Shown: positions 32,919 to 43,554, counted from the first letter of the stretch. The stretch: DNA of 64,000 nt from Candidatus Hydrogenedentota bacterium (GCA_963674865.2 CAXXYE010000009.1:160001-224000); one strand, 5' to 3'. Program-made: numbers and translations. The notes: a model not told the origin generated them from the letters alone.

Positions 32919-35039
32919 ATGCGGCTGGGCGAGCCCTTCGCGGCGGGCTACTTTGAAGAACCGGACGCGGCGCCTATGCGGCGGTGGTCCCGTGCGGTGC
33001 GCCGTCGACTCGAGCACGAGTCGCCGCCGCCCTACATCGGCACCTGGCTCTATCCGTACGGCGATCTCTGCCAAGGCCAACAGAGGAAGCTCCTCGAGCC
33101 ATCGTACAGCTTCACGTGGCTATACAACGACCGTATCACGGCGCAGCGTATCGAGTCTGCCGAGGGAAACGAGAAAGAGACGCTCCTCGTGTTCCGTAGG
33201 GCGATGCAGGAGGAGAGAGCGCTTCTCCACGAGTGGCGCACGATCCATCGCGTCGGCGGAGCGGGATATACCCACAGTATCCCAAATTACGGCCGCGTAC
33301 TCCGCGATGGCCTCGACGCCCACGCCCGCCGTATCGAGGCCGGCCTCGACAAGGCGGCCCGGCAAGGCGCGCACGACCGCGCCGACTGCTATCTCGGCCT
33401 CCAGGATGTCCTTCGGGGCATTGACGCCTGGCGCGTAAGTCTACTGCACGCACTGGAATCCTGGCCCGGTGGTGACGCGGAGGCGGAGCGCCGGCGTGAC
33501 GCACTGCTCCAAGCGCTGATGCACGTCCCTTTCGGGAGCGCCCGCAATTTCCATGAGGCGTTCGTGGCCTACAATCTCACCTACTATCTCGACGGCTGCG
33601 ACAATCCCGGACGCATCGACCAGGAGCTTCAGCCATACTACGAAACCGACCTCCGCGAGGGCCGGCTCTCCCGCGCGGAGGCCCTTGCGATGATGCGCGA
33701 GTTCACCGAGAACGTATGCGCCGCGCCGGGCTGGAGCGCCGCCATCGGTGGAACGACGTCGGAAGGCGCCCCCGGCTACAACGAACTCACACTGCTTTGC
33801 CTGGAATCCGTTCAGGGCAAATACCGCCCCAACTATGAACTTCGCGTTCGCAAGGACATGCCCGACGAAGTATGGGACGCCGCCCTCACGGCGCTCGGGA
33901 CGGGCTGCGGCCAGCCGGCCCTCTACAATGAGGAAGGCTACCTCGACGGCCTCCGGGAGATGGACCTCGGACTCACCGACGAGGATGTGACTTGGTGGAA
34001 TGGCGGCGGCTGTACGGAAACCATGATCCACGGCCGCTCCAATGTCGGCTCTCTCGATGCGGGACTTCACCTTCCTCTGGTGCTCGAAGGCACCTTGAAA
34101 ACATCGCTGAAGGACGCTTGTTGCTTCGAAGCGCTCCTCGGCCGCTTTCGCGCCGATGTCGCCGCCGCAGTTGTCGAGATCGTCGAGAATGTCAACCACG
34201 ACCAAGAGACCCGCGCGCGGCGACGCCCACAACCCATGCGAACCTTGCTGATCGACGACTGCATCGACAGGGGCATCGAGTTCAACGCCGGCGGCGCAAG
34301 GTACAACTGGAGCGTCATCAACGTGGCCGGGCTCGCCAACGTCGCAGATTCACTGGCGGCGATCCGGGAGATGGTCTTCGACAAGCGCGAGGTCGCGGGC
34401 GACGCGTTTCTGCGGATCCTTGAGGAAGATTACCGGGGCAACGAGCCCCTTAGGCGGCGCGCGGCCCAGTGTCCTCGGTTTGGAAACGACGACATGCGCG
34501 CAGATAACCTCGCCGCGAGTATCGCCCGCTTCGTTTTCCGGGAGTTTGACAGGCACAGGCCCTGGCGGGGAGGACGTTTTCTGCCTTCTTGCATCATGTT
34601 CGAAACCTACGGCGCGGAAGGCGAGAGACTAGGCGCAACACCCGATGGTCGCCGCGCAGGCGAGCCCCTCGCTGATTCCATCGGCCCCTATCAAGGGCGG
34701 GATACGCAAGGGCCCACGGCCATGGTGCGCAGCGTTACCAGGCTGCCTCTTGCCCAGGCCATAGGCACACCCATCGTCAACGTTCGCCTAAGCAAAGACC
34801 TCTTCGCATCAGCGGAAGGCTGCGGACGTGTCCGCGAGTTCATACAAACCTACTTCGACTTGGGCGGGATGCAGATTCAGGTATCCGTAGTGGATCAGAC
34901 GACACTCCTGGACGCCATGGAACACCCCGAACGCCACGAGGACCTCATTGTGCGCATCGGCGGGTACTCTGCCTACTTCAACAACCTGTCTCCCAGCCTG
35001 AAAGAGGCCGTGCTCCACCGGACGATTCACGGTGCATAG
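32919..35039 (+). CDS. Glycyl radical enzyme (PFL superfamily, non-PFL type)
   Basis: PGRIDQ, single-Cys loop GGGCTET, ATPDGRRAGEPLAD, and glycyl loop LIVRIGGYSAYF. The start is uncertain (frame open from 32709). Confidence 0.88.
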   Translation: MRLGEPFAAGYFEEPDAAPMRRWSRAVRRRLEHESPPPYIGTWLYPYGDLCQGQQRKLLEPSYSFTWLYNDRITAQRIESAEGNEKETLLVFRRAMQEERALLHEWRTIHRVGGAGYTHSIPNYGRVLRDGLDAHARRIEAGLDKAARQGAHDRADCYLGLQDVLRGIDAWRVSLLHALESWPGGDAEAERRRDALLQALMHVPFGSARNFHEAFVAYNLTYYLDGCDNPGRIDQELQPYYETDLREGRLSRAEALAMMREFTENVCAAPGWSAAIGGTTSEGAPGYNELTLLCLESVQGKYRPNYELRVRKDMPDEVWDAALTALGTGCGQPALYNEEGYLDGLREMDLGLTDEDVTWWNGGGCTETMIHGRSNVGSLDAGLHLPLVLEGTLKTSLKDACCFEALLGRFRADVAAAVVEIVENVNHDQETRARRRPQPMRTLLIDDCIDRGIEFNAGGARYNWSVINVAGLANVADSLAAIREMVFDKREVAGDAFLRILEEDYRGNEPLRRRAAQCPRFGNDDMRADNLAASIARFVFREFDRHRPWRGGRFLPSCIMFETYGAEGERLGATPDGRRAGEPLADSIGPYQGRDTQGPTAMVRSVTRLPLAQAIGTPIVNVRLSKDLFASAEGCGRVREFIQTYFDLGGMQIQVSVVDQTTLLDAMEHPERHEDLIVRIGGYSAYFNNLSPSLKEAVLHRTIHGA

Positions 35040-35095
35040 AACGCGGTCTTGGAGGACTTCCCTAGAGGGAAGTACGGGAACGCATTCGTATCAGA

Positions 35096-35149
35096 CCACA
35101 CTATATGGTAGGATCCCCACTTGACTGACCACGACCTGGTGTCTACCAT
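35096..35149 (+). promoter_or_regulatory. Sigma70-like promoter with two NrdR-box-like sites upstream of the mltD-like gene
   Basis: TTGACT (35121)-17 bp-TACCAT (35144). Boxes ccaCactATaTgGtag (35096) and gacCacgAccTgGtgt (35127) are 31 bp apart. Confidence 0.5.
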
Positions 35150-35259
35150 GAGCGTGTTGCAAACGTTCTTAGGGAAAGAAAGTCGCGTTTGCCCTGGAGC
35201 CGCCTGCTCCTGCCGGCCACGCGCATTATCAGCCGTCTAGAATGGGGAGCGAGGCTCAG

Positions 35260-37455
35260 GTGCACAAATCAAGGCTCTTTTTCGTCACGCTTATCGCTGG
35301 CTTCCTGGCCAGCCTGCTCGGCGGCTGCGCCACCACGCGAGATGTTCACCAATTCAAGCCGCTGCCTGTGGCGTCCGTCCGGGCCGGCGACCTCGCGCCG
35401 GAAGCCCCGCGAGCGGCTTCCGAGCTGCTTAAGGCCGCGGGTGATGCCCTGAAATCAGCGAACACGGCCCACGAAAAAGGCGATGTGGAAGCGGCCTCAC
35501 GCTACTACAACATGGTCTTCGAGCTTCTTATGGAGGCCGACCTAGATCCCACCGTCTATTACAAGCAGAAGTCGCAGTTGGCGCGCCTTCTAGACGCGAC
35601 GGCGGAGCAGGCGCCGCGCTTCGCGCGTTTCCGTGAACGGAAAGAAGGGGAATTCCCGAGCGTGTACGGTGAAATTGTCGTGCCGCTCGAACTGCCACGG
35701 CGCGTCGAACAAGAGGTCCAAGAGATTCAGAAGGTCTATCCCAAGGGATATCAGGCCGGGCTGAATCGCAGCACGCGGTACTTGCCGTATATCTGCAAGG
35801 AACTCCGAAAGGCCGGCCTGCCCGAAGATTTGGCATGGCTGGCCATGGTGGAGAGCCAGTTCACGCCGAAGATCGTATCGCCCGCGGGCGCGGGCGGCAT
35901 GTGGCAATTCATGCGAAGCACGGCCCGCCGCTACGGCCTTCGGATGGACTACTATGTCGACGAGCGGTACGACTGGCAGAAGGCCACAAAGGCAGCCATA
36001 GCCTACCTCCGCGAGCTGTACGAAATGTTCGACTGGAATTGGCCGTACGCAGTGTCGGCCTACAACATGGGCGAGTACGGCCTCGAGCGGACCATCGCGG
36101 CAGCCGGTGGCGAGCGCGACCTGTGGGCACTGCTCGAGATGCCGCAGACCTCCAATTACATGCGTCAAGAGACGCGCAAGTTCTACGCCAAACTCTTGGC
36201 CACCATCGTAGTCGCCCGAAACCCTGAGCGGTATGGATTCTCCCAAAGCCTTGAGCCGGCCGATTCCACAGTGCGCGTGCCCGTCAAGGGCTGCTACAGC
36301 CTCAGGGCGCTCAACGAGGCCTGTGGGCTGCCTGCCGACACACTCAAGCGACTCAATCCGGAGTATATCCGCGGCGTCACGCCGCCCCAAGGGTCATACG
36401 GCGTCGCGGTGCCGACGGACAAGGCGGACACGCTTGTCACAGCCCTCAAGAAGGTGCCCGAACTGAAATACACCAGCTACACGGGACCCGACGGCGTGCA
36501 TATCGTTCGGCCCCGCGAGACCCCTTCACAGATCGCCAAGCTCTACGGCGTATCCACGAAGGAGCTGATGCGCGTCAACCGAATTCAATCCGCGCGAACG
36601 CTCCAGGTGGGGCAGCGGCTGCTGGTGCCGGGCAAGGGGAAGTCAACCGGCTCGGTCGAAGTCGACACATCAGGCCGGACCATATATACAGTGCGACGGG
36701 GTGACAGTCTCGGGCTTATCGCCAAACGGCACGGCGTGTCAGTGAAGAATCTTCAATCGTGGAACGGCCTGGGATCAAAAACAAGGATCTACACGGGCCA
36801 GAAACTCTTCGTCACGGCCCCGGGCGCCGCTACCGCCACGCACACTGGCCCAGGATCGTCCCAGGCCGGCCAAAAGGTCGTGCACATCGTGAGGTCCAAC
36901 GAGTACCCGGCCAAGATCGCCCGTCAGTACGGCGTCGACCTGGACGACTTTCTCAAGTGGAACAACCTAACCCGCCGGTCCATGATCCGCGTCGGGCAGA
37001 AGCTGACCGTCTACACGCATAGCGGCAAGACGGTTCCAGATCAGCCGGCCACCGGAACTGGCACACCTTCGGGCGCGGTACCAGGTAACGCCCTGAAACG
37101 CATCCACAAAGTCAGCTCCGGCGAGAACCCTTGGATCATCGCCGAGGCATATGGCGTACCCGTCGCTGATTTCCTGAAATGGAACGGGTTGAGCGAATCC
37201 TCGGTTCTGCATATCGGGGACGAATGCGTCCTCTATCTAGCCGGCGAGGGCGCCACGACAGAGCCGTCGACCAAATCGGCCACGGCCGAGACTGCGGGCG
37301 AGAAAATCCTCCACACCGTGTCTAAGGGCCAGAACCCGACGACCATTGCACGTCGTTATGGAGTCAAAGTCAGCGACCTGTTTCGATGGAACGGTTGGGA
37401 GAAGACGCCCGTTCTCCACATCGGCACTAAAGTCATCGTCTACAAGAAGAACTGA
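35260..37455 (+). CDS. mltD: Lipoprotein lytic transglycosylase (MltD-like) with five LysM domains
   Basis: Lipobox LLGGC. VESQF, AGGMWQFM, SAYNMGE and ETRKF. Five LysM repeats. Confidence 0.88.
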   Translation: MHKSRLFFVTLIAGFLASLLGGCATTRDVHQFKPLPVASVRAGDLAPEAPRAASELLKAAGDALKSANTAHEKGDVEAASRYYNMVFELLMEADLDPTVYYKQKSQLARLLDATAEQAPRFARFRERKEGEFPSVYGEIVVPLELPRRVEQEVQEIQKVYPKGYQAGLNRSTRYLPYICKELRKAGLPEDLAWLAMVESQFTPKIVSPAGAGGMWQFMRSTARRYGLRMDYYVDERYDWQKATKAAIAYLRELYEMFDWNWPYAVSAYNMGEYGLERTIAAAGGERDLWALLEMPQTSNYMRQETRKFYAKLLATIVVARNPERYGFSQSLEPADSTVRVPVKGCYSLRALNEACGLPADTLKRLNPEYIRGVTPPQGSYGVAVPTDKADTLVTALKKVPELKYTSYTGPDGVHIVRPRETPSQIAKLYGVSTKELMRVNRIQSARTLQVGQRLLVPGKGKSTGSVEVDTSGRTIYTVRRGDSLGLIAKRHGVSVKNLQSWNGLGSKTRIYTGQKLFVTAPGAATATHTGPGSSQAGQKVVHIVRSNEYPAKIARQYGVDLDDFLKWNNLTRRSMIRVGQKLTVYTHSGKTVPDQPATGTGTPSGAVPGNALKRIHKVSSGENPWIIAEAYGVPVADFLKWNGLSESSVLHIGDECVLYLAGEGATTEPSTKSATAETAGEKILHTVSKGQNPTTIARRYGVKVSDLFRWNGWEKTPVLHIGTKVIVYKKN

Positions 37456-37689
37456 TTCCCAGACGCGCGCACAGCACGCCCGTCCGCCCCTTATCCTTGG
37501 CTCAGGGCGCCGCGAGCCTCTCCTCTGTCATTGTCTTCCACATAGTACGATTCATGCCTTGCCTCTGGAGTCGAATTTCTCACCTTTGACGATTTTCCAG
37601 CATCAATGTATGATGGCCCGACGTCACGGACAGCGTCCGGCGCACGAGCGAGGTTCGGGCCTGCAGGCCGCCAGTCGTAAGCGGGGAGA

Positions 37690-39219
37690 ATGGCTATGGC
37701 AGAAATCGTGATCGGGACGGGGACCCAGAAGAGCGCGCGCACCGTGCTCGCCATTCTGGAACGCGAACTTAGCAGAACCCACGGGGCGCCAAGGAAGCTC
37801 ACCGCCTCGACCGAGACGATGGTTATTGTGGGAGAGCGCCCGGCGTACGAAGGCGATTTTAAGACCTTCACGCTGCGAACACGGCTAAGAGGAAAAGCGC
37901 TGGAATCACTGAAGGATGCGGTGGCCCAATTCTCCGAGGGATGCGCCTTGGCGGAAGAGGGGAGCTGGCAAATCCTGTCCTGCCCACCCGCGGGGTCAAG
38001 AGCCAACGAGCAAGCCAAAGAGGCCGTGGACAAGCTGTCCGGCCTCCTGCGTATGCCGGAGGTCTGGCGCATCAAGGGAGAGCAATTCCGTGCAGACCCG
38101 ATCAGCGTGGAGAAGCTCTTTCAGGCGCTGGTTCAGTACAAGGCAAGTGATGTGCATCTCTCCCCGGGTGAAGCGCCTCTATTTCGCATTGACAATCAGG
38201 CACACCGTTCGGAACTGATGGGCGCCCTCTCTGCGACGCAGATAGGCGCCCTGATCCGGGACCTGGCCACGGATGTCCAATACAAGGAGTTCGAGGAGAC
38301 GATGCAAACCAGCTTCAACTTCCACCAGGTTGGGCTGGGCTACTCGAGGGTATCCGCCTTCATCAAAACGGGCGCCCCGCATCTCACTTTCCGTTATCTC
38401 CCCGAGACAATTCCGTCTTTCGACGAATTGAACGTTCCGCCCAAACCCTTGCAGGAATTGTCCAACCTTCACCACGGCCTCGTCTTGATCACGGGCATGA
38501 CGGGCAGCGGAAAGACGACGACTGTCGCCGCCATGGTGGATTGGATAAACACACACAAGCAGCTGCACGTTCTCACTATCGAGAATCCCATCGAATACGT
38601 CCATCGCAACAAGAAATCGTTCGTCTCACAACGAAACACGGGCGAGGACGTGCCCTCGTTCGCGATAGCCGTCGAAGGAGCAATGCGCCACGACCCCGAC
38701 GTGATCGTCATCGGGGAAATGCGCGATTCCGACACCATTCGCTCTGCCATCAACGCAGCCTCGACGGGCCATCTTGTCATCAGTACACTGCACTCCAACA
38801 CCGCCAGCGAGGTGGTCAACCGCGTCGTCAGCTTTTTCGATCCCGTTGAGCGAGACCTCGTTCGCCTGCAACTGCGGGACTGCATCCGGTGCATCATATG
38901 CCAACGGCTAGTGCCACGCATGGGCGGCGGACGCTTCCCCTCACTCGAGATGATGTTCAACGACATCAAACCCATCAATGATGCCATCATCGCGGGCGAC
39001 ACCGACGGCATGAGGATCGGGATGCAGCAAACCATCTCTCACTCATTCCTGTTCGAGGAATACCTGCTGAGACTCTTCAAAGAGGGGAAGGTCGATCTCG
39101 AGAACGCGCGGCACTATTCAACGGAAGTGAGCATCTTCGACCAGATGCACATGGGCACCTACTCCATTCCGCGCCTGACAGAACTGAAGGCGGCGCGTGA
39201 CGCCATGTACCGAGCGTAG
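37690..39219 (+). CDS. PilT/PilU-family type IV pilus ATPase with N-terminal extension
   Basis: ASDVHL, GMTGSGKTTT, DPDVIVIGEMRD, STGHLVISTLH, QRLVP. Confidence 0.88.
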   Translation: MAMAEIVIGTGTQKSARTVLAILERELSRTHGAPRKLTASTETMVIVGERPAYEGDFKTFTLRTRLRGKALESLKDAVAQFSEGCALAEEGSWQILSCPPAGSRANEQAKEAVDKLSGLLRMPEVWRIKGEQFRADPISVEKLFQALVQYKASDVHLSPGEAPLFRIDNQAHRSELMGALSATQIGALIRDLATDVQYKEFEETMQTSFNFHQVGLGYSRVSAFIKTGAPHLTFRYLPETIPSFDELNVPPKPLQELSNLHHGLVLITGMTGSGKTTTVAAMVDWINTHKQLHVLTIENPIEYVHRNKKSFVSQRNTGEDVPSFAIAVEGAMRHDPDVIVIGEMRDSDTIRSAINAASTGHLVISTLHSNTASEVVNRVVSFFDPVERDLVRLQLRDCIRCIICQRLVPRMGGGRFPSLEMMFNDIKPINDAIIAGDTDGMRIGMQQTISHSFLFEEYLLRLFKEGKVDLENARHYSTEVSIFDQMHMGTYSIPRLTELKAARDAMYRA

Positions 39220-39680
39220 AAGCCGACCCCAGACAAGAAGCTCGTTCCCGCCCATCTGACACCTTCGTGAAGAAGGCCCTCAGGTTTTTCAACAAGTTTT
39301 CCACAATCGCGCACATCTCTCGAAAGGATGGCAGAACACACCTACGGCAATCTCGCAAAGCACTGTAAAAAAACAACTTAGTAGACTGCGCGTCTTGTTT
39401 CGGGGTGTGTCGTTACCACTTGAGCAGTCCATGGCGGCCCGAGGATAACGGATTTATCAACGACAACGAAGAAGCCAAGGGATTGTCGCACAATCAGTTA
39501 GCAGGCGGGTATCCACCATCCCACGCGGCAAGCTTCTTCACGCGTCATGCGGCAGGAACAATTCGCGGCAAGGAAGCCGGTTAGCGGACGACGGGAACAA
39601 GGCGTGGTACGCAGCCTTCGCCTTTCGTATACTTTGTGCAAGGATTTGGAAAATGGCAGCTCGACCCGCGGAGCGGCACT

Positions 39681-40226
39681 ATGCGCGTAATTGCAGGAAC
39701 GGCAAAGGGAACACGGCTATTCACGCCCAAGGGCTTGCGTATCAGGCCCACCCGCGATGCCGTACGCGAATCCCTCTTCAACGTCCTCGAGCCGGGGCTC
39801 GCTGGCGCGTTCTTCCTCGACCTGTTCGCCGGAACGGGAGCAAACGGCATCGAGGCCCTAAGCCGTGGAGCCGCCCGGTGCGTTCTCGTAGACCAACATA
39901 CAGCCTCAGTTCAAGCTATCCGAAAGAATCTGGAAATCTCACGCCTTTCCTCGCAGGCCGATGTGAGACGCCTCACGCTGCCCGGGGGATTGAAGCGCCT
40001 TGCGGGAAGAAACAACGGCTACGGGATCGTTTTCGCCGACCCGCCCTATGAGTTTGACGGCTACGACGCCCTGCTCGCGGAGATACGACGGCACCAGATC
40101 CTCGACCCCAACGGGGTGGTCGTCATAGAGCATGCGTCCAGGAAGCCTTTACCCACTGAAATCGAGGGTTTCGACCGCAAGGACACGCGCAGATACGGGG
40201 AAACAACACTAGCGTTTTTTGCTTGA
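39681..40226 (+). CDS. rsmD: 16S rRNA m2G966 methyltransferase
   Basis: MRVIAGTAKG, RPTRDAVRESLFN, LDLFAGTG, EALSRGA, DPPY. Confidence 0.93.
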   Translation: MRVIAGTAKGTRLFTPKGLRIRPTRDAVRESLFNVLEPGLAGAFFLDLFAGTGANGIEALSRGAARCVLVDQHTASVQAIRKNLEISRLSSQADVRRLTLPGGLKRLAGRNNGYGIVFADPPYEFDGYDALLAEIRRHQILDPNGVVVIEHASRKPLPTEIEGFDRKDTRRYGETTLAFFA

Positions 40227-40274
40227 CGGCTTATATGGTATGTGCTAGAGTGTCCCCAACACAAGATGTGGAGA
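40223..40274 (+). promoter_or_regulatory. nrdR promoter with NrdR box (probable autoregulation)
   Basis: TTGACG-17 bp-TAGAGT. acaCAAgATgTgGaga at 40259 and a weaker half-match at 40226. Confidence 0.55.
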
Positions 40275-40341
40275 TCGAGTTCGGTTTCGGGCCTACGCCT
40301 TGTGGTGTTCTTAAGAGGCGGTCCAAAGGGAAAGGCTCCTC

Positions 40342-40791
40342 ATGCGTTGTCCATTCTGCAATCACACGGATGGCAAAGTAGTGGATTCGAGGTCATCCAA
40401 AGAGGGCGATTCGATTCGGCGGCGGCGCGAATGCCTGAACTGCGGGAAGCGCTTCACGACCTATGAGCGGATCGAAGAAGTAGCCCAGATGGTCATCAAG
40501 AAGGACGGGCGCCGCGAGCCGTTCGATCGGTGGAAACTGAAAAGCGGTATCCTGAAGGCCGTCGAGAAGAGGCCCGTGGGTCTCGAACAAGTGGACGCAC
40601 TCATCGACGAGGTCGAACGCGAGTTGTTCAATTCCAGCGAGCATGAGGTGCCGACCCAGGCGATTGGCGAAGCCGTCATGCGGAAGCTAAAGCAACTCGA
40701 CGAGGTGGCTTACGTGCGGTTCGCTTCCGTCTACAGGCAGTTCAAGGACCTGAACGAGTTCATGAGCGAACTCAAGGTCATGCTCTCCTGA
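40342..40791 (+). CDS. nrdR: Transcriptional repressor NrdR
   Basis: MRCPFC, VVDSR, IRRRREC..C..RFTTYE, ATP cone, [10 protein letters not shown]. Confidence 0.97.
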   Translation: MRCPFCNHTDGKVVDSRSSKEGDSIRRRRECLNCGKRFTTYERIEEVAQMVIKKDGRREPFDRWKLKSGILKAVEKRPVGLEQVDALIDEVERELFNSSEHEVPTQAIGEAVMRKLKQLDEVAYVRFASVYRQFKDLNEFMSELKVMLS

Positions 40792-41000
40792 CATGTGCCG
40801 CGCCGCACCCGGCGGCCGCCTCAAAGCACATACGCTGCTGCGCCGCCCTCATGCCCGCGGCGCCCATATGCTCCGGCCTTCCTTTGTCTTACCTACACAT
40901 TGTTCAATCTTACTCCCATCCGCGAGATCGGTTGACGGTATCGTGAGGGTGTCTTAATATGAGTGGTCCTTGGAGTAGGCGACAAGAGGAGGGCAGCGCG

Positions 41001-42392
41001 GTGGACTATCGCATCGAGCAAGACACGATGGGCGAAATGCGCGTGCCCGCGGACAAGTACTACGGGTGTCAGACAGCGCGCTCGCTGGTGAATTTTCCAA
41101 TTGGCTCAGAACGCATGCCGCTGGAGGTCATCCACGCCTTGGGGGTGGTGAAGAAAGCCGCCGCCCTGACCAATAGGGACCTGGACCTCCTCGCCGAGGA
41201 CCTGTGCGACGCTATCTGCCGAGCTGCCGACGAGGCGATCTCGGGCGAATTGGACGAGCATTTCCCGCTTGTGGTCTGGCAAACGGGCAGCGGCACCCAG
41301 ACAAATATGAACGTCAACGAGGTCGTGGCCAACCGGGCGAACCTCTTGCTGGGCGGTCAGCTGGGCGCCAGATCGCCGGTTCATCCGAATGATCATGTGA
41401 ACATGTCCCAGTCGTCGAACGATGTGTTCCCCGCCGCCATGAGTATCGCCGCCGCGAAGAGCATCCACGACCACCTCCTGCCGGCCCTCCGCGCACTGAG
41501 GGACGCGCTCGCGGCAAAGTCCGAGGGCTTCAAGGACATCATCAAGGTCGGCCGGACGCACTTGATGGACGCCACGCCGCTCACGCTCGGGCAAGAGTTC
41601 TCCGGTTACACGCAGCAGATTGCCAACGGCATCGAGCGAGTCGAGCAGACACTGCCCAAGCTGCAAGAGCTGGCCCTTGGCGGCACGGCCGTCGGCACCG
41701 GTTTGAACACGAAGAAGGGCTTTGCCGAAGCGGTCGCGGCCAAGGTGGCAGAGTTGACGGGGCTCCCCTTCACATCGGCCCCTAACAAGTTCGAGTCGCT
41801 GGCGGCGCATGACGCGCAGGTGATGACCTCCGGCGCCCTAAAGACCGTGGCGTGCAGTCTAGTGAAGATCGCCAACGACGTTCGCTGGCTGGCAAGCGGC
41901 CCGCGCTGCGGCGTGGGCGAAATCGCTATCCCCGCGAACGAACCGGGATCGTCCATCATGCCGGGCAAGGTCAATCCCACCCAGTGCGAAGCTGTTACCA
42001 TGGTGTGCGCCCAGGTGATTGGGAACGATACGACCGTGGCGATGGCGGGCGCATCGGGCAACTTCGAACTCAACGTTCTCAAGCCTGTTATCGTGTATAA
42101 CGTGCTGCAATCCATCCGGTTATTGAGCGACGCCGCCGCGTCATTTACCGAGCGCTGCGTCGCGGGCATCGAGCCGAACCGGGAGCGGATCGAAGCCCAC
42201 GTGCGCAACACGCTCATGCTCGTCACGGCATTGAACCGCAAGATCGGCTACGATAACGCCGCGCGCGTCGCCAAAGCCGCCCACGCCAACGGCACCGCCC
42301 TGCGGGAAGAGGCCATCAACCTCGGCCTCCTCACCGGCGAGGAGTTCGACGCCGTCGTCGACCCGGCCAAGATGATCGGGCCATCTGACTAA
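41001..42392 (+). CDS. fumC: Fumarate hydratase class II
   Basis: [46 protein letters not shown] start after GAGGAGG. Confidence 0.96.
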   Translation: MDYRIEQDTMGEMRVPADKYYGCQTARSLVNFPIGSERMPLEVIHALGVVKKAAALTNRDLDLLAEDLCDAICRAADEAISGELDEHFPLVVWQTGSGTQTNMNVNEVVANRANLLLGGQLGARSPVHPNDHVNMSQSSNDVFPAAMSIAAAKSIHDHLLPALRALRDALAAKSEGFKDIIKVGRTHLMDATPLTLGQEFSGYTQQIANGIERVEQTLPKLQELALGGTAVGTGLNTKKGFAEAVAAKVAELTGLPFTSAPNKFESLAAHDAQVMTSGALKTVACSLVKIANDVRWLASGPRCGVGEIAIPANEPGSSIMPGKVNPTQCEAVTMVCAQVIGNDTTVAMAGASGNFELNVLKPVIVYNVLQSIRLLSDAAASFTERCVAGIEPNRERIEAHVRNTLMLVTALNRKIGYDNAARVAKAAHANGTALREEAINLGLLTGEEFDAVVDPAKMIGPSD

Positions 42393-42584
42393 GCAACTCA
42401 CGAAAGACACCGTTATCGCATTATTCGCAGACGAGATCCGGCGAAAGTCGCTTGCTTAATAAAGGAAAAGGCCTTATCCTTTATTAGGCTTCGCCCTTAT
42501 TAAGAGAAGTTTACTTAGTACGTCGCTAGAAATCCTGACCTTCCCCTATTCCCGACAATATCTCAAGCACAAGGAGGAAGAGCT

Positions 42585-43544
42585 TTGACGCCTCGCGAAC
42601 GCTTCATCGCCGCATTGGAGCGCCGGCCTGTTGCGGGCCGCGTGCCGCACTTCGAGTTGGTATTCTATCTAACAATGGAGGCCTTCGGGAAAGTCCATCC
42701 CGGCCAGCGCGCCTACCACCAGTGGAAGCAGATGTCGGAGACGGAGCGCCAGCTTCACCGCAATGAGATCGCCGATACCTTCATCATGACGGCGCGCCGA
42801 TACGAGCATAACGCCATCTACTTGCACCCCAATCCCGGCGATGAAGAGGAGTCGCTGCGGATGGTGGATCTCGTGCGCGAGAAGACGGGCGATGAATTCT
42901 TCCTCATGCTCGGCGCCGACTCGACCTACTCGATCCCGAGCGGGTCGAAGATGGTGGAGCAGGCCACGTGGTTCTACGAGCACTTGGATGAGGCGAAGCA
43001 ACAAGCCCACGAGCGCGCCGCCCAATGTCTTGAGCGGACGGAGCGGATCGCCAAGCACGGCGGCGTGGACGGATTCGCCATGTGCGCCGACTACTGCTTC
43101 AACGACGGGCCATTCCTCCATCCGACGATGTTCGCCGAGGTCATCACGCCAAGCCTGACTGCGCTATGCGAGGGCTTCCGGGATCAAGGCTTCTACTCCA
43201 TCAAACACACCGACGGCAACATCATGCCCATCCTCGACCAGCTCATCTCTGCCAAACCGGACGCCCTCCATTCGCTCGATCCGCAGGGCGGCGTGGATAT
43301 CGCCGAGGTCAAGCGGTTGTACGGCGATCAGATATGCCTCATCGGCAACGTGAACTGCGGCCTCCTCCAGTCCGGCACGGAGGAAGAAGTGGTTGAGTCG
43401 GCCCGCTACTGCATCCGCCACGGCATGCCGGGAGGCGGCTACGTCTTCGCTACCAGCAACTGCGTCTACACCGGCCTACCGCTGGAGCGCTACGAGCTGA
43501 TGTGGCAAGTCTGGCACGACGAAGCCATCTACCCGGAGGAATAG
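42585..43544 (+). CDS. Uroporphyrinogen decarboxylase (URO-D/MtaA-CmuA) family protein
   Basis: MTPRERF, KHTDGN, LDPQGGVD, LIGNVN, GGGYVF. AAGGAGG RBS. Confidence 0.85.
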   Translation: MTPRERFIAALERRPVAGRVPHFELVFYLTMEAFGKVHPGQRAYHQWKQMSETERQLHRNEIADTFIMTARRYEHNAIYLHPNPGDEEESLRMVDLVREKTGDEFFLMLGADSTYSIPSGSKMVEQATWFYEHLDEAKQQAHERAAQCLERTERIAKHGGVDGFAMCADYCFNDGPFLHPTMFAEVITPSLTALCEGFRDQGFYSIKHTDGNIMPILDQLISAKPDALHSLDPQGGVDIAEVKRLYGDQICLIGNVNCGLLQSGTEEEVVESARYCIRHGMPGGGYVFATSNCVYTGLPLERYELMWQVWHDEAIYPEE

Positions 43545-43554
43545 GCTGGGGGGC

